A DNA stretch of 64,000 nt from a virus: IMG/VR virus record IMGVR_UViG_3300047557_002876, positions 7,158 to 71,157 of that record. One strand, given 5' to 3'. A program made the position numbers and the translations under genes. How positions within the stretch are numbered: position 1 is the first letter of the stretch; every line of letters begins with the position of its first letter. Below are positions 19,247 to 28,977 of this stretch, piece after piece. Below the pieces are notes generated by a model, which searched no databases, was not told where the DNA came from, and saw nothing but the letters and a program-made list of their open reading frames with translations.

Positions 19247-19495
19247 ATGGCAACTTACCCAGTAGTGAATACAGTCACTGGAGAACAAAAAGAAGTGGAG
19301 ATGAGCATCCACGATTGGGACCAGTGGAAAAAAGACAATCCAGAATGGATTCGTGATTGGTCTGATCCATCAACTTGCCCACAACCTGGTGAAGTGGGCG
19401 AGTGGAGAAATAAGCTCATTAATCGTAATCCTGGATGGAATGATGTCCTTGAGAAAGCAAGTAAAGCACCAGGTTCAACTGTAAATAAACTCTAA
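19247..19495 (+). CDS. Conserved cyanophage hypothetical protein
   Basis: MATYPV.N..TGE..E...W...NP.W; typical position upstream of phoH. Confidence 0.7.
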   Translation: MATYPVVNTVTGEQKEVEMSIHDWDQWKKDNPEWIRDWSDPSTCPQPGEVGEWRNKLINRNPGWNDVLEKASKAPGSTVNKL

Positions 19496-19496
19496 T

Positions 19497-20249
19497 ATGG
19501 CTAGAAGAAAAAGAGCAGAGCAACCAATTGGGGTTGGTCTTACTACTCGTCAAATGAAGCGTAGAAAGCCACTCAGTCAAGAATATCTACTTGATATTGA
19601 CCCACTCACAGAAAATCAAAGAAAACTTTTTGAATCCTACGCAGACCATAAACACATTGTTGCTTATGGTTGCGCTGGAACGGGTAAAACTTTTATCACT
19701 CTTTATAATGCATTAAAAGATGTTCTTGATGAAAGAAGTCCCTACGAAAGAATTTACCTAGTTCGTTCTTTGGTTGCCACAAGAGAAATCGGATTCCTCC
19801 CAGGAACACATGATGATAAGGCAGACATTTATCAAATTCCATATAAGAATATGGTGAAGTATATGTTCCAGATGCCTTCTGACGCTGATTTTGAAATGCT
19901 TTATGGCAATCTTAAATCTCAAGAAACAATCAAGTTCTGGAGTACTTCATTTCTTCGCGGAACAACTTTAGATAACGCAATTGTAATTGTTGATGAATTC
20001 CAGAACCTTAATTTTCATGAACTGGATAGTATCATTACCCGCGTTGGTGAAAATACAAAAATTTGTTTCTGTGGAGATGCTACTCAGTCAGACTTACAGA
20101 AGACAAATGAGCGTAATGGCATTGTAGATTTTATGGCAGTCTTGCGTAAAATGCCCTCATTCGATATAATTGAATTTGGTGTAGACGATATCGTTCGTTC
20201 TGGACTTGTTAAAGAGTATATTTTGGCAAAAATGGAAGCAGGTTTTTAA
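19497..20249 (+). CDS. phoH: PhoH-like ATPase
   Basis: GCAGTGKT, IGFLPG, LRGTTLDN, DEFQN, GDATQSDL and DIVRSGLV. Confidence 0.95.
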   Translation: MARRKRAEQPIGVGLTTRQMKRRKPLSQEYLLDIDPLTENQRKLFESYADHKHIVAYGCAGTGKTFITLYNALKDVLDERSPYERIYLVRSLVATREIGFLPGTHDDKADIYQIPYKNMVKYMFQMPSDADFEMLYGNLKSQETIKFWSTSFLRGTTLDNAIVIVDEFQNLNFHELDSIITRVGENTKICFCGDATQSDLQKTNERNGIVDFMAVLRKMPSFDIIEFGVDDIVRSGLVKEYILAKMEAGF

Positions 20250-20929
20250 TGTTTAATCACGTTGATATTGAACTCCCTAAACTTAATAGAACTACAATTG
20301 ATGGGGTCAGATATTATGAAGTTCCTGATAATGAAGAACTACTAAAATTAGTCTCTATAACCTCTGTAACAAGTCACAAAAATCGCCAGTTCTTTATGGA
20401 CTGGCGTAAAAAAGTCGGAGAAGAAACTGCGGATAAAATCACAAAGCAGGCAACCAGTCGTGGAACTGATATGCATACTTTGGTAGAACATCATCTAAAA
20501 AATGAAGAACTACCAGAAGTTCAACCTCTTTCAGAGTTTCTCTTTAAAATTTCTAAAGGTGAATTAAATCGTATAAATAATATTCATGCTCTTGAAGGTT
20601 CACTTTATAGCAAACAATTAGGAATTGCTGGAACCGTAGATTGTATTGCCGAGTTTGATGGCGAACTGTCGATAATCGATTTCAAAACATCCAAAAAACC
20701 AAAACCACGTGAGTGGATTGAACACTATTTCGTACAGTGCATGGCATATGGTTGTATGCTGTATGAACTTACTGGTGTTTCTGTTAAAAAACTTGTAATC
20801 ATTATGGCTTGCGAAAATGGAGAATGCGTCGTTTATGAAGAAAGAGACAAATCAAAGTACATCAAACTACTCACCGAATACATTAGAGAGTTTGTTAGAG
20901 ATAAATTGGAACTCTATGGAACCAAATAA
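20249..20929 (+). CDS. PD-(D/E)XK exonuclease
   Basis: SITSV, RGT.MH, AGTVDCI, IIDFKTS and Q..AY motifs. Confidence 0.85.
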   Translation: MFNHVDIELPKLNRTTIDGVRYYEVPDNEELLKLVSITSVTSHKNRQFFMDWRKKVGEETADKITKQATSRGTDMHTLVEHHLKNEELPEVQPLSEFLFKISKGELNRINNIHALEGSLYSKQLGIAGTVDCIAEFDGELSIIDFKTSKKPKPREWIEHYFVQCMAYGCMLYELTGVSVKKLVIIMACENGECVVYEERDKSKYIKLLTEYIREFVRDKLELYGTK

Positions 20930-21176
20930 AGAATTAGAACAGGTTATAGAAAATAAGTTTCTTACTCCATCAAGGTTTGCTTTGGAGATTGAAAAAATTG
21001 TAGTTGATGAAAATCTAAATTATATTGACGCAATTGTTCATTATTGCGAAATCAATAATCTTGAAGTTGAATCAGTTACAAAACTTATTTCAAAACCATT
21101 AAAAGAACGATTAAAGTGGGACGCAATTCGTCTCAACTTTATGAAGAAAACTTCACGCGCTAAACTTCCTTTATGA
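20916..21176 (+). CDS. gp33: Late-transcription coactivator gp33
   Basis: F..EIE..V...NYIDAI..YCE...KLISKPLKE.L motif; syntenic with gp59 and gp32. Confidence 0.85.
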   Translation: MEPNKELEQVIENKFLTPSRFALEIEKIVVDENLNYIDAIVHYCEINNLEVESVTKLISKPLKERLKWDAIRLNFMKKTSRAKLPL

Positions 21177-21769
21177 TCGTGACTCCTTTTGAAACTTATC
21201 AGCATTATTTGTCACTTAAAAATCATTTCACAAATCCAAAATACGACTTCTTTAAATATGGTGCTAAGACTCGCGCCAGTATAACCTCATTCAATAAGAG
21301 GCGAGATAAATACTGGTTTGAAAAAACAAGTCGAAAGTACTCAGATAAAGAAGTTGTAGATTTTCTTGTATCAAACTTTGTGTCCGCAGATAACCCACAG
21401 AACTTATGGATTGGAGAAATTATCAATTCTGGAGAAAGGACTTACGCCGATTGGATGCGAAGACAACAGAGTTTGACTTACTTGTTCAAAGAACAATCGG
21501 AGGAATTGTTTTACGAAACAAAATTAGACGATGCGCTGAGTTGTTCCAAAGGACATCCAACGATTTTAAAAAAGTTACTAAGCGGGAAATTATCACTAGA
21601 AACTTTCGTAATCTACGAAAAAATATTCAATTTTTCAAAAGATTTTGATAAAAAACTTTTAGACCCAGTGTGGGAAACCGTAAGTTTGAAAATTAAAAAA
21701 TATAATCCATTTCTAAATATTGATGTATTCCACTTTAAAAAGATTTTACGGGAAATCGTAAATGAGTAA
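21173..21769 (+). CDS. gp59: Helicase loader gp59
   Basis: YL.LKNHF...YDFFKY...F.KR.D.Y.FEK motif; synteny. Confidence 0.85.
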   Translation: MIVTPFETYQHYLSLKNHFTNPKYDFFKYGAKTRASITSFNKRRDKYWFEKTSRKYSDKEVVDFLVSNFVSADNPQNLWIGEIINSGERTYADWMRRQQSLTYLFKEQSEELFYETKLDDALSCSKGHPTILKKLLSGKLSLETFVIYEKIFNFSKDFDKKLLDPVWETVSLKIKKYNPFLNIDVFHFKKILREIVNE

Positions 21770-22091
21770 ATTTTTTGATTCAGAACTAATACAAAAAGAA
21801 CTCAAAGAAATCAATGAACTTCAAGAGTTTCTTTATGGTAGCATTATGACTTTTGGTATGATGACCCGTGAAGATAAACTGGAACACATTGAAAAAATGT
21901 CTAGACTTCTTGAAAAGCAACGTATCATGTATACTAGACTTTCTCTTTCTGATGACCCAGCAGCGGTAGAAATGAAAGAGAATCTAAAAAAATCAATTGC
22001 TCTGATGGGTTTCCCACCAGAGACTGACATTGGCATTCTATTTAATAGCATGGGTAAGACCATCGAGTCTCTCAAGAAATTTCTTGACTGA
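21762..22091 (+). CDS. Conserved cyanophage/cyanobacterial protein (DUF1825-like)
   Basis: FFDSE...RL.LSDDP.A motif. Confidence 0.65.
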   Translation: MSKFFDSELIQKELKEINELQEFLYGSIMTFGMMTREDKLEHIEKMSRLLEKQRIMYTRLSLSDDPAAVEMKENLKKSIALMGFPPETDIGILFNSMGKTIESLKKFLD

Positions 22092-22112
22092 GCGGGTTTT
22101 CTCTGCTAGAAT
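22084..22112 (+). promoter_or_regulatory. sigma70-like promoter for gp32
   Basis: TTGACT-17 nt-TAGAAT with an extended TGn. Confidence 0.7.
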
Positions 22113-22155
22113 ATCCAAGTCAATCCCCCAAATCCAAACTATCCGAGGTAATCTA

Positions 22156-23079
22156 ATGGGCTTTGCCGATCTTAAAAAACAATCTAAACTTGGTTCCCTG
22201 ACCGCCAAACTGGTCAAGGAAGTAGAAAAAATGAACACTACCAGTGGGTCTTCTGATGACCGTCTCTGGAAACTGGATGTAGATAAGAGTGGTAACGGTT
22301 ATGCTGTTATTCGCTTTCTTCCTGCACCAGAGGGTGAAGATCTACCTTTCGTAAAAGTATATTCTCACGCCTTTCAAGGTCCTGGTGGTTGGTATATTGA
22401 GAATTCTCTAACCACTCTTGGACAAAAAGATCCTGTTTCTGAGCACAATACTCTACTCTGGAACAACGGTACTGATGCTGGTAAAGAGCAGGCACGTAAG
22501 CAGAAGCGTAAACTAACCTATATCAGCAATATTTACGTTGTAAAAGATCCCGCTAACCCACAGAATGAAGGAAAAGTATTTCTCTTCAAGTATGGTAAAA
22601 AAATCTTTGATAAACTCACTGCCGCAATGCAACCTGAGTTTGAAGATGAGGAAGCAATCGATCCATTTGACTTCTGGAAAGGTGCTAACTTCAAACTGAA
22701 GGCAAAGAACGTTGCCGGTTATCGTAATTATGATTCTAGCGAGTTTGCCGCTGCTGGCGCCCTTCTAGACGATGATGACGAACTCGAATCGATCTGGAAA
22801 AAACAATATTCTCTCTCAGACTTTGTTGCCCCTGATCAGTTTAAATCTTATGATGAACTGAAAAAGCGCCTTGATTATGTTCTTGGTAGCAAAGGCACTC
22901 CACGATATCAAGATCCTGAAGATATCGAAGAAGAAGAATATTCTCGCGGTCCTGCGCCTAGTCTTGATGAAAATCTTCGTAATGAACTAAATAATCTTCA
23001 ACCAACTCGTCGGGTTGCTGTTGAAGAAGATGAAGATGATGATGCGCTATCTTATTTCGCTCGTCTAGCAGAAGACTGA
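22156..23079 (+). CDS. gp32: Single-stranded DNA-binding protein gp32
   Basis: D.RLWK...GNGYAVIRFLPA, GKVFLFKYGKKIF, NYD.S.F and an acidic C-terminus; start ATG 22156 after GAGG. Confidence 0.95.
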   Translation: MGFADLKKQSKLGSLTAKLVKEVEKMNTTSGSSDDRLWKLDVDKSGNGYAVIRFLPAPEGEDLPFVKVYSHAFQGPGGWYIENSLTTLGQKDPVSEHNTLLWNNGTDAGKEQARKQKRKLTYISNIYVVKDPANPQNEGKVFLFKYGKKIFDKLTAAMQPEFEDEEAIDPFDFWKGANFKLKAKNVAGYRNYDSSEFAAAGALLDDDDELESIWKKQYSLSDFVAPDQFKSYDELKKRLDYVLGSKGTPRYQDPEDIEEEEYSRGPAPSLDENLRNELNNLQPTRRVAVEEDEDDDALSYFARLAED

Positions 23080-23090
23080 TCATATCAATC

Positions 23091-23115
23091 AAAGGGCGAG
23101 TTCTCGCCCTTTTTT
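23091..23115. terminator. Bidirectional intrinsic terminator between convergent gp32 and gp53
   Basis: aaagggcgag-tt-ctcgcccttttt. Confidence 0.8.
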
Positions 23116-23126
23116 AGTTTAAATTA

Positions 23127-23780
23127 TTATGGGTTTGACTGTGCAGTATTTTCTGTTTTAATCAATTTACCATTCACATATTGAGATGACTTATCATAAG
23201 TCATTAATTTTCTGGTATCGTTTAGAACTTGCTGCAAGTATCTTGGTTTGAGAACGTATATACTTCTTTTTTCATTATTTTTTCTAGTTTCATATTCATA
23301 ATTCGATATGCCTATAACAGGTGAAGGACTTAAGTTCTGAATAGGGTTATCTGGATCAGTAATAGTAAAGTTTGCATCAACGACTTTACCGGATGGTAAA
23401 ATTAATCTATTTTTAGAATCTCTAACTTCTACTGTTTCATAATGATGAATTGAGTTTAATTCTGAACCATAAATTGATTCTGCATAATCATATACATCTT
23501 TATCAGATAGTGGCCACTGATCTCTAACTCTTGTTATTCCAGCACAAACCAATACAACCCAATCATATTGGGAACTACCGTATAATTCATCTGCAACTAA
23601 ATCTGGTCTAGAACCATCAGGTATTTGATACTTATCAAATACTGTAAAAACATTTTTTAAATCATCACGAAGTTTAACTCTACGAAATAAATTTTTTATA
23701 ACTATATACTCATCAGATGATTTTTTATCCGATAAAAATGATTGATATTCTAAATTTGGAAGTTCTCTAAAATAAGTCAT
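23127..23780 (-). CDS. gp53: Baseplate wedge subunit gp53
   Basis: YF..LP, NLFRR, RPD.VA..LYG....W, HHYET and NE.KR.I motifs. Confidence 0.85.
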   Translation of the reverse strand: MTYFRELPNLEYQSFLSDKKSSDEYIVIKNLFRRVKLRDDLKNVFTVFDKYQIPDGSRPDLVADELYGSSQYDWVVLVCAGITRVRDQWPLSDKDVYDYAESIYGSELNSIHHYETVEVRDSKNRLILPSGKVVDANFTITDPDNPIQNLSPSPVIGISNYEYETRKNNEKRSIYVLKPRYLQQVLNDTRKLMTYDKSSQYVNGKLIKTENTAQSNP

Positions 23781-24694
23781 TAGTAACCTGTACCGACTGC
23801 ATTTTGATAATCTTCATTATAAATTGGTGTCAGTTCTTGGAATGTAAGTGATAATTGCATGTGAACTGGTGTTCCGTCAGAGTAAGTCGTGTAAGTATTA
23901 GAACTAGTAAAATTGACGGAGATGCCGTTTAATGCGCAAATTTTAAATCTATTTAGATATGGATGTGGGTTTCCACCACTCATATACTGTATTCTAAAAA
24001 CACTAGGTGCTGTAAGAAATAGACCTGCAGCAGCACCAGAAGTATTTCCTTTTTTTGCAGACATCTCTTGTTTCAGAAACACAATCATTTCTTTAACAAC
24101 TTGAGACTCTTCTTTAAATCTTGGTGATATATTGAATACAAATGAAAATGGATCTCTAAGTGTAATACCTCTGAAAAGAAGTTCTACGTTTTCATTAAAA
24201 ACTGCACCTGTAGTTCTTCCTAAAATAGTTCCAAATAAGTCACCATCTTGACCAAGTAATTGTTCTGTAGCTTTAGCTGCAAAAAATGTTTGAGTCATTT
24301 TTTGCCCTCTTCCAGTTTGCAGAGCATTAATACCAGTTGTGGCTGCAGTTTTTAAAGCTTCTATACCTTTAACAAAACCACCTTCTATAGCATTTTGACC
24401 AACGCCCAACGCTGTAGTTTGTAAAGCTCCTAATTTACTTTCACCCCAACTTACGGTATTTCCATTGATTGGGAGATTTTCTGGAATTGGGAGTATGATA
24501 GTTCCTCTTATATCCTTAGTTCCAGAAGAAGGGTAATTTTGATTATCTGAATTTGGCTGTGCAAAACTAGTTAAATCTTCATTAATTCCTGGCGGAATAT
24601 ATTCTAGGCATTCTATTTTTAGATAATCTTCATTACTCTCAAGTTTTTTATATGGATAGCGAAATATCTTTAAATTTTTTGTTGCGGTCGCCAT
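23780..24694 (-). CDS. gp48: Baseplate tail-tube cap gp48
   Basis: I.LPIP, ELLF.G..LR.FSF.F...PR...ES and L.F.EL motifs. Confidence 0.8.
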   Translation of the reverse strand: MATATKNLKIFRYPYKKLESNEDYLKIECLEYIPPGINEDLTSFAQPNSDNQNYPSSGTKDIRGTIILPIPENLPINGNTVSWGESKLGALQTTALGVGQNAIEGGFVKGIEALKTAATTGINALQTGRGQKMTQTFFAAKATEQLLGQDGDLFGTILGRTTGAVFNENVELLFRGITLRDPFSFVFNISPRFKEESQVVKEMIVFLKQEMSAKKGNTSGAAAGLFLTAPSVFRIQYMSGGNPHPYLNRFKICALNGISVNFTSSNTYTTYSDGTPVHMQLSLTFQELTPIYNEDYQNAVGTGY

Positions 24695-24704
24695 CTATCT
24701 TTTT

Positions 24705-25082
24705 CTAACTATTTAGACGGATATTGCCAAAAGGTATTCTTCTTAAATCAGATAATTCTTCCTGATAAACTTCATACATACCACCAGCAACTTCATCCCA
24801 AGTATATTGTCTAACTTCTCCCCAATGATAGTTAAGACCTCTGAATCCCCAAGTAAATACGTCAGTTACAGCAACTAGTGGATTCTGGTCATATCTAACA
24901 TTTGGAGTTTTAGCATTATATACAAAGATATAAAATTTACCAGATTCTGGAGGATTTCTAGTTTCTTCTAAAATACTCATTAACTCGATCATCAAATCGT
25001 CAGCAGATTCTGTCCCGATTAACTTTTTTACAATCGGTGAGATTCGATTTATTTTTCGCTGTTTAAGAGTTTTTCTGGGCAT
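24705..25082 (-). CDS. gp2: DNA end protector gp2-like protein
   Basis: FVY.AKT...YD..PL and GF.GLN.H motifs; adjacent to gp4. Confidence 0.65.
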   Translation of the reverse strand: MPRKTLKQRKINRISPIVKKLIGTESADDLMIELMSILEETRNPPESGKFYIFVYNAKTPNVRYDQNPLVAVTDVFTWGFRGLNYHWGEVRQYTWDEVAGGMYEVYQEELSDLRRIPFGNIRLNS

Positions 25083-25519
25083 TATTTAATACCTAATTCG
25101 TCTTCAGTAATTACTTTAAATTCGTATCCTCTGTCAGCACACCATTCTCTTGCTGCTTCCCACTTTGATTGATTTTTAGCATACTCATAAACTTCAGTGA
25201 TGTATCTTTTCGTTTGTCTCTGAGGTTTTTGTGGTGGAACAGTTTGTTTTTTTGGTTTGATTTCTATTAGATATTTTTTTGTCGTGCCATTTGCCTCTTG
25301 AACTTTTATATAAAAGTCTGGAAAATATCTATGTGGTTTACCATCTATGGGTGAACGATACCAGATAAACATTTCTTCACTGCCCCATTCTAATATCTTT
25401 TCATTAGTGTCACAGTATACACAAAACTTACGTTCCCACAAAGATCTATAAACAATATTTGTAGGGTCTCCCTTATATTTTTTTGGGAATGATGGTTTAT
25501 ACTTTCCTTTGTAAGACAT
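25082..25519 (-). CDS. gp4: Head completion nuclease gp4
   Basis: YKG.Y.P..P.KYKGDP..I.YRS.WE, YFPDF, EIKP and KW.AA. Confidence 0.92.
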   Translation of the reverse strand: MSYKGKYKPSFPKKYKGDPTNIVYRSLWERKFCVYCDTNEKILEWGSEEMFIWYRSPIDGKPHRYFPDFYIKVQEANGTTKKYLIEIKPKKQTVPPQKPQRQTKRYITEVYEYAKNQSKWEAAREWCADRGYEFKVITEDELGIK

Positions 25520-25560
25520 CTAAATAATTAATACTATAAAACTCATATAAGGTATTTAGA
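25520..25560. promoter_or_regulatory. Divergent late promoters
   Basis: CTAAATA on + (~25520) and TATTTAG (TAAATA on -, ~25553) in the gap between divergent genes. Confidence 0.55.
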
Positions 25561-26406
25561 GTGGCAGTAAGACCCCGTAGAATATCGGATATTAAACCAT
25601 TACTTACAAACTTAGCACAAACATCTCATTATGAGGTGCAGTTTGGTTCTCTTCCTAATGAGTTAGTTTCCTTTCTTTCAAGGAAAGGAATAGATAGAAG
25701 ATTTATTGCTGAAAGTGCAGGTCTTCTTTGCTATAGTGCCGTCCTACCAACAACACAATTGGCGACAACCACTATCGATGGCAACTATATGGGAATTCAG
25801 GAGAAATTTGCACATAGTAGATTGTATCAAGAAATAACCCTTGATTTTTATGTTGATAGAGATTATAAGATGCTCAACTTTTTAGAGTATTGGATGGAGT
25901 TTATTGCAAGTGGTTCTTTCAATCAAATTGGAATAACTGGCGAAAATCGACCAATTAATCAAAATGATGATGCATTTTTTGTTAGGATGCAATATCCAGC
26001 ATACTATAAATCAAATTCAACTAAAATTATAAAATTTGATAGAGACTATAGGAGAGAAATAGAATATAATTTTAGAGGTCTTTTTCCATTAAATATTTCA
26101 TCAATACCAGTTACCTATGCCAATTCAGATACTCTAAAAGTTTCGGCAACATTTCAGTATGATAGGTATATTTCTGGGAAAACAAATAGTTTTAATCAGA
26201 TTATTACTGGAGATAGTAACAATCAAGACCCAAGACAGTCTAAATCATCTACAGACTCTATACAGTCTTCAGATGATCTTTTAAGGCAGAGTCAAGAATC
26301 TTTTAATTTTGCCATGGAGACTGGTTCAGCAATGACTTCTGCACAAAATCCATCTCAACAAGCAAATACTGATAATTCTCAATTAAGAGATGAACCACTT
26401 TGGTGA
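25561..26406 (+). CDS. Tail-tube-like baseplate tube initiator (gp54/gp19 family)
   Basis: C..A.LP, L.FYVD.Y...F.E.W and FP..I...SY...K..V.F.Y motifs; synteny. Confidence 0.7.
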   Translation: MAVRPRRISDIKPLLTNLAQTSHYEVQFGSLPNELVSFLSRKGIDRRFIAESAGLLCYSAVLPTTQLATTTIDGNYMGIQEKFAHSRLYQEITLDFYVDRDYKMLNFLEYWMEFIASGSFNQIGITGENRPINQNDDAFFVRMQYPAYYKSNSTKIIKFDRDYRREIEYNFRGLFPLNISSIPVTYANSDTLKVSATFQYDRYISGKTNSFNQIITGDSNNQDPRQSKSSTDSIQSSDDLLRQSQESFNFAMETGSAMTSAQNPSQQANTDNSQLRDEPLW

Positions 26407-26444
26407 TTGCCATAAATAAAATTACTGAAGTTCTATAGGTTATC

Positions 26445-27164
26445 ATGCCTTTACCAAAAATTGCCACGCCAACTTACGAGTTGGAAATACCTTCTTTAAA
26501 AAAGTCTGTCAAGTATCGTCCATTTCTTGTAAAGGAAGAAAAAATATTAATCATTGCAATGGAGAGTGAAGATCCTAAACAGATTTCGGAAGCTGTTAAA
26601 ACAGTCATCTCTAATTGCATCTTAACTCGCGGCATCAAAGTTGATCAACTGGCAACATTTGACATAGAGTACCTTTTTCTCAATATTCGCGGAAAATCTG
26701 TAGGTGAGAGTGTAGATATTCTTTTGACTTGTCCAGATGATGGAACAACACAGGTTCCAATAAGTATCAATCTTGATGAAATTCAAGTAGAATTTAGAGA
26801 AGATCATTCTAGAGATATTAAATTAGATGATAATCTAACTCTTAGAATGAGATATCCATCAATGAACGAATTTGTTAAAAATAATTTCTCTACAGAAAAT
26901 CAAATTTCGGTTGATGATACATTTGATATGATTTGTTCATGTGTTGAACAAATTTATAGTGAGGAAGAGTCTTGGTCTTCTTCTGATGTCACTAAAAAAG
27001 AACTTAAAGAATTTCTAGAGCAATTAACTTCACAACAGTTTAAAGATATTGAAAAGTTTTTTGAAACTATGCCTAAACTTTCACATACAGTAAAAATAAA
27101 AAATCCAAATACTGAGGTTGAAAGTGAAGTTGTTTTGGAGGGCCTGACAAGTTTTTTCGCCTAG
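26445..27164 (+). CDS. gp26: Baseplate hub subunit / assembly chaperone gp26
   Basis: MPLPKI..P.YEL, YRPFLVKEEK, FDIEYLFL.IRGKSVGE, FF.TMP.L and LEGL.SFF. Confidence 0.9.
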   Translation: MPLPKIATPTYELEIPSLKKSVKYRPFLVKEEKILIIAMESEDPKQISEAVKTVISNCILTRGIKVDQLATFDIEYLFLNIRGKSVGESVDILLTCPDDGTTQVPISINLDEIQVEFREDHSRDIKLDDNLTLRMRYPSMNEFVKNNFSTENQISVDDTFDMICSCVEQIYSEEESWSSSDVTKKELKEFLEQLTSQQFKDIEKFFETMPKLSHTVKIKNPNTEVESEVVLEGLTSFFA

Positions 27165-27166
27165 CG

Positions 27167-27340
27167 ATGGTGCATGAAGATCTTGCATCATACTACAAAA
27201 CTAATTTTGCCCTTATTCAACATCATAAATACTCATTGACAGAGTTGGAAAATATGATTCCTTGGGAAAGGGAAGTTTATATTAGTCTTCTCCAACAGTA
27301 TATTGAAGAAGAAAACCTGAAGAACCAATCGAATGGCTAG
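27167..27340 (+). CDS. gp51: Baseplate hub assembly catalyst gp51-like (57 aa), absent from the ORF track
   Basis: MVHEDLASYYKTNFALIQHHKYSLTELENMIPWEREVYISLL. Confidence 0.8.
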   Translation: MVHEDLASYYKTNFALIQHHKYSLTELENMIPWEREVYISLLQQYIEEENLKNQSNG

Positions 27341-28976
27341 ACTTTCTCCGCCACCACTTGCGGGACAGATTATAAATATTAATTCACGAACCATCAGCAG
27401 GGAAGTTATTGGTGGTGGTGGAGGTAGAGGAGTTGACGCTGGCGGATCTGGCGGTGGTGGAGGAGAAACTGAAAGAGGAGGGGCAATTATTGTAAGACCC
27501 CAAACAAGTTTGATTGATAGATCCCAGAATTTACAAATACAAACTACACAACAATCTGTAGGTTATCTTCAACAAAGTCTAGACTTTATAAGAGTAAACG
27601 TACAAGTTTTATCAGAAGGAATTAATAATCTTGGCAAACAACTTCAAGCAGAAGGTGTTATTGAGCAAAGAAATCTTAAAGAGCAACAAGAATCTGAAAG
27701 AAGATTATCTGAAAGGCAAATTAGATTAGGCAGAGAGTCTCAACTTGAAAGAAAGATAACAGCAGCTCTTTCAAGACCTATTGTCGCTATACAAAAAAAT
27801 ATTACAAGTTTATTTGATCGAATAATGGGGGCAATGACAACCCTATTTTTCGGTTGGCTTACAAATCAAGGAATTGAAACTCTTAAATCTCTTGCTTTAG
27901 GAGATAGTAAAAAACTTGAAGAGATTAAAAATAACGTTATAAAAAATATATTATACAGTATAGGTGCTTTTGCAGCTATTAATGTTGGTTTTGGTCTTGT
28001 AATGCGAACTCTTAGGGGTTTGACATTCAGAATTATTAGTTTAGGTGCTAGACTTGCTTTAGCTCCATTTAGATCTTTAGGATCGGCAATTGCTAGAATT
28101 TTTGGAGGCAAACCTGTAACACCAAAAGCACCTAAAGTTCCAATTACTACAAGTGGAGGAAAGACTCTATCTAAAAGTTCTGGATTTTTTGGAAAGTTTT
28201 TTGAGGGTGTTAAAGGTTTAGGTAAAAGTTTTGGAGCGGTAGGAAAAGGTGCTTCTAGACTTATACCTTTTGTAAACATTGGAGCTGCCGCTGCGGCAAC
28301 AGCTTATGATGTTAGTCAAGGAAATTATGTAGGTGCAACTTTAAGCGCAGCATCTGCACTTCCTGGACCTTTTGGTTGGGCAGCTTTTGGTGGAAGACTA
28401 CTTTATGGCGCTACAACTGGTGAATTTGGTGGAAAACAACCGTCTCAACAGTCACCGACCCCTCAGCAATCTCAAACAAAACCGAGATCTTCAACTGAAC
28501 CAACGAGAGTAGTATCACCAACCCAAACAAAACCACAAAAATCGCAACCACAAGAAGCAACACCTTCAATTCAACCTCAAGTAAGTGCTACTCCACAATT
28601 GAGTGAAATTACGATGAGTTCAAATGCAATGAATAATGCGACTGGCATTACACCAACTCAACAATCAGCAACTTCTTTTGATGGTTTATCATCTTATAGT
28701 ATGCCAGAGTTTACAGAAAATGCCGATAATAAACCACAACCTACAAAAGTTGCAACACCATCAAATATTCAGTCACCACCAAAACCAATTACACCAGTTG
28801 GAACATTACCAGAACCCAAACCAAATATAATTATCGCTGGTGGTGGTCAAAACAAACCACAAGTTATGTCATCGCCTCAACAAGAACCACTCACTGATGT
28901 ACCATTTATTCCATCAGGCAACACTGACAATTTTTATGTTTTATATTCTCAACTCAATTACAATGTAGTAATGTAA
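27333..28976 (+). CDS. Putative tape-measure-like / baseplate hub protein
   Basis: Coiled coil, hydrophobic G/A-rich segments and a P/Q/S/T-rich tail; located after gp26/gp51. Confidence 0.5.
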   Translation: MARLSPPPLAGQIININSRTISREVIGGGGGRGVDAGGSGGGGGETERGGAIIVRPQTSLIDRSQNLQIQTTQQSVGYLQQSLDFIRVNVQVLSEGINNLGKQLQAEGVIEQRNLKEQQESERRLSERQIRLGRESQLERKITAALSRPIVAIQKNITSLFDRIMGAMTTLFFGWLTNQGIETLKSLALGDSKKLEEIKNNVIKNILYSIGAFAAINVGFGLVMRTLRGLTFRIISLGARLALAPFRSLGSAIARIFGGKPVTPKAPKVPITTSGGKTLSKSSGFFGKFFEGVKGLGKSFGAVGKGASRLIPFVNIGAAAAATAYDVSQGNYVGATLSAASALPGPFGWAAFGGRLLYGATTGEFGGKQPSQQSPTPQQSQTKPRSSTEPTRVVSPTQTKPQKSQPQEATPSIQPQVSATPQLSEITMSSNAMNNATGITPTQQSATSFDGLSSYSMPEFTENADNKPQPTKVATPSNIQSPPKPITPVGTLPEPKPNIIIAGGGQNKPQVMSSPQQEPLTDVPFIPSGNTDNFYVLYSQLNYNVVM

Positions 28977-28977
28977 C

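Noticed and set aside
19220-19497. Pho box upstream of phoH
   Set aside because: No convincing tandem PyTTAAPyPy repeats were seen; phoH is a core gene in these phages.
20249-20929. Cas4-like nuclease suggesting a CRISPR system
   Set aside because: This is the standard T4-like cyanophage exonuclease between phoH and gp33; no array or other cas genes are present.
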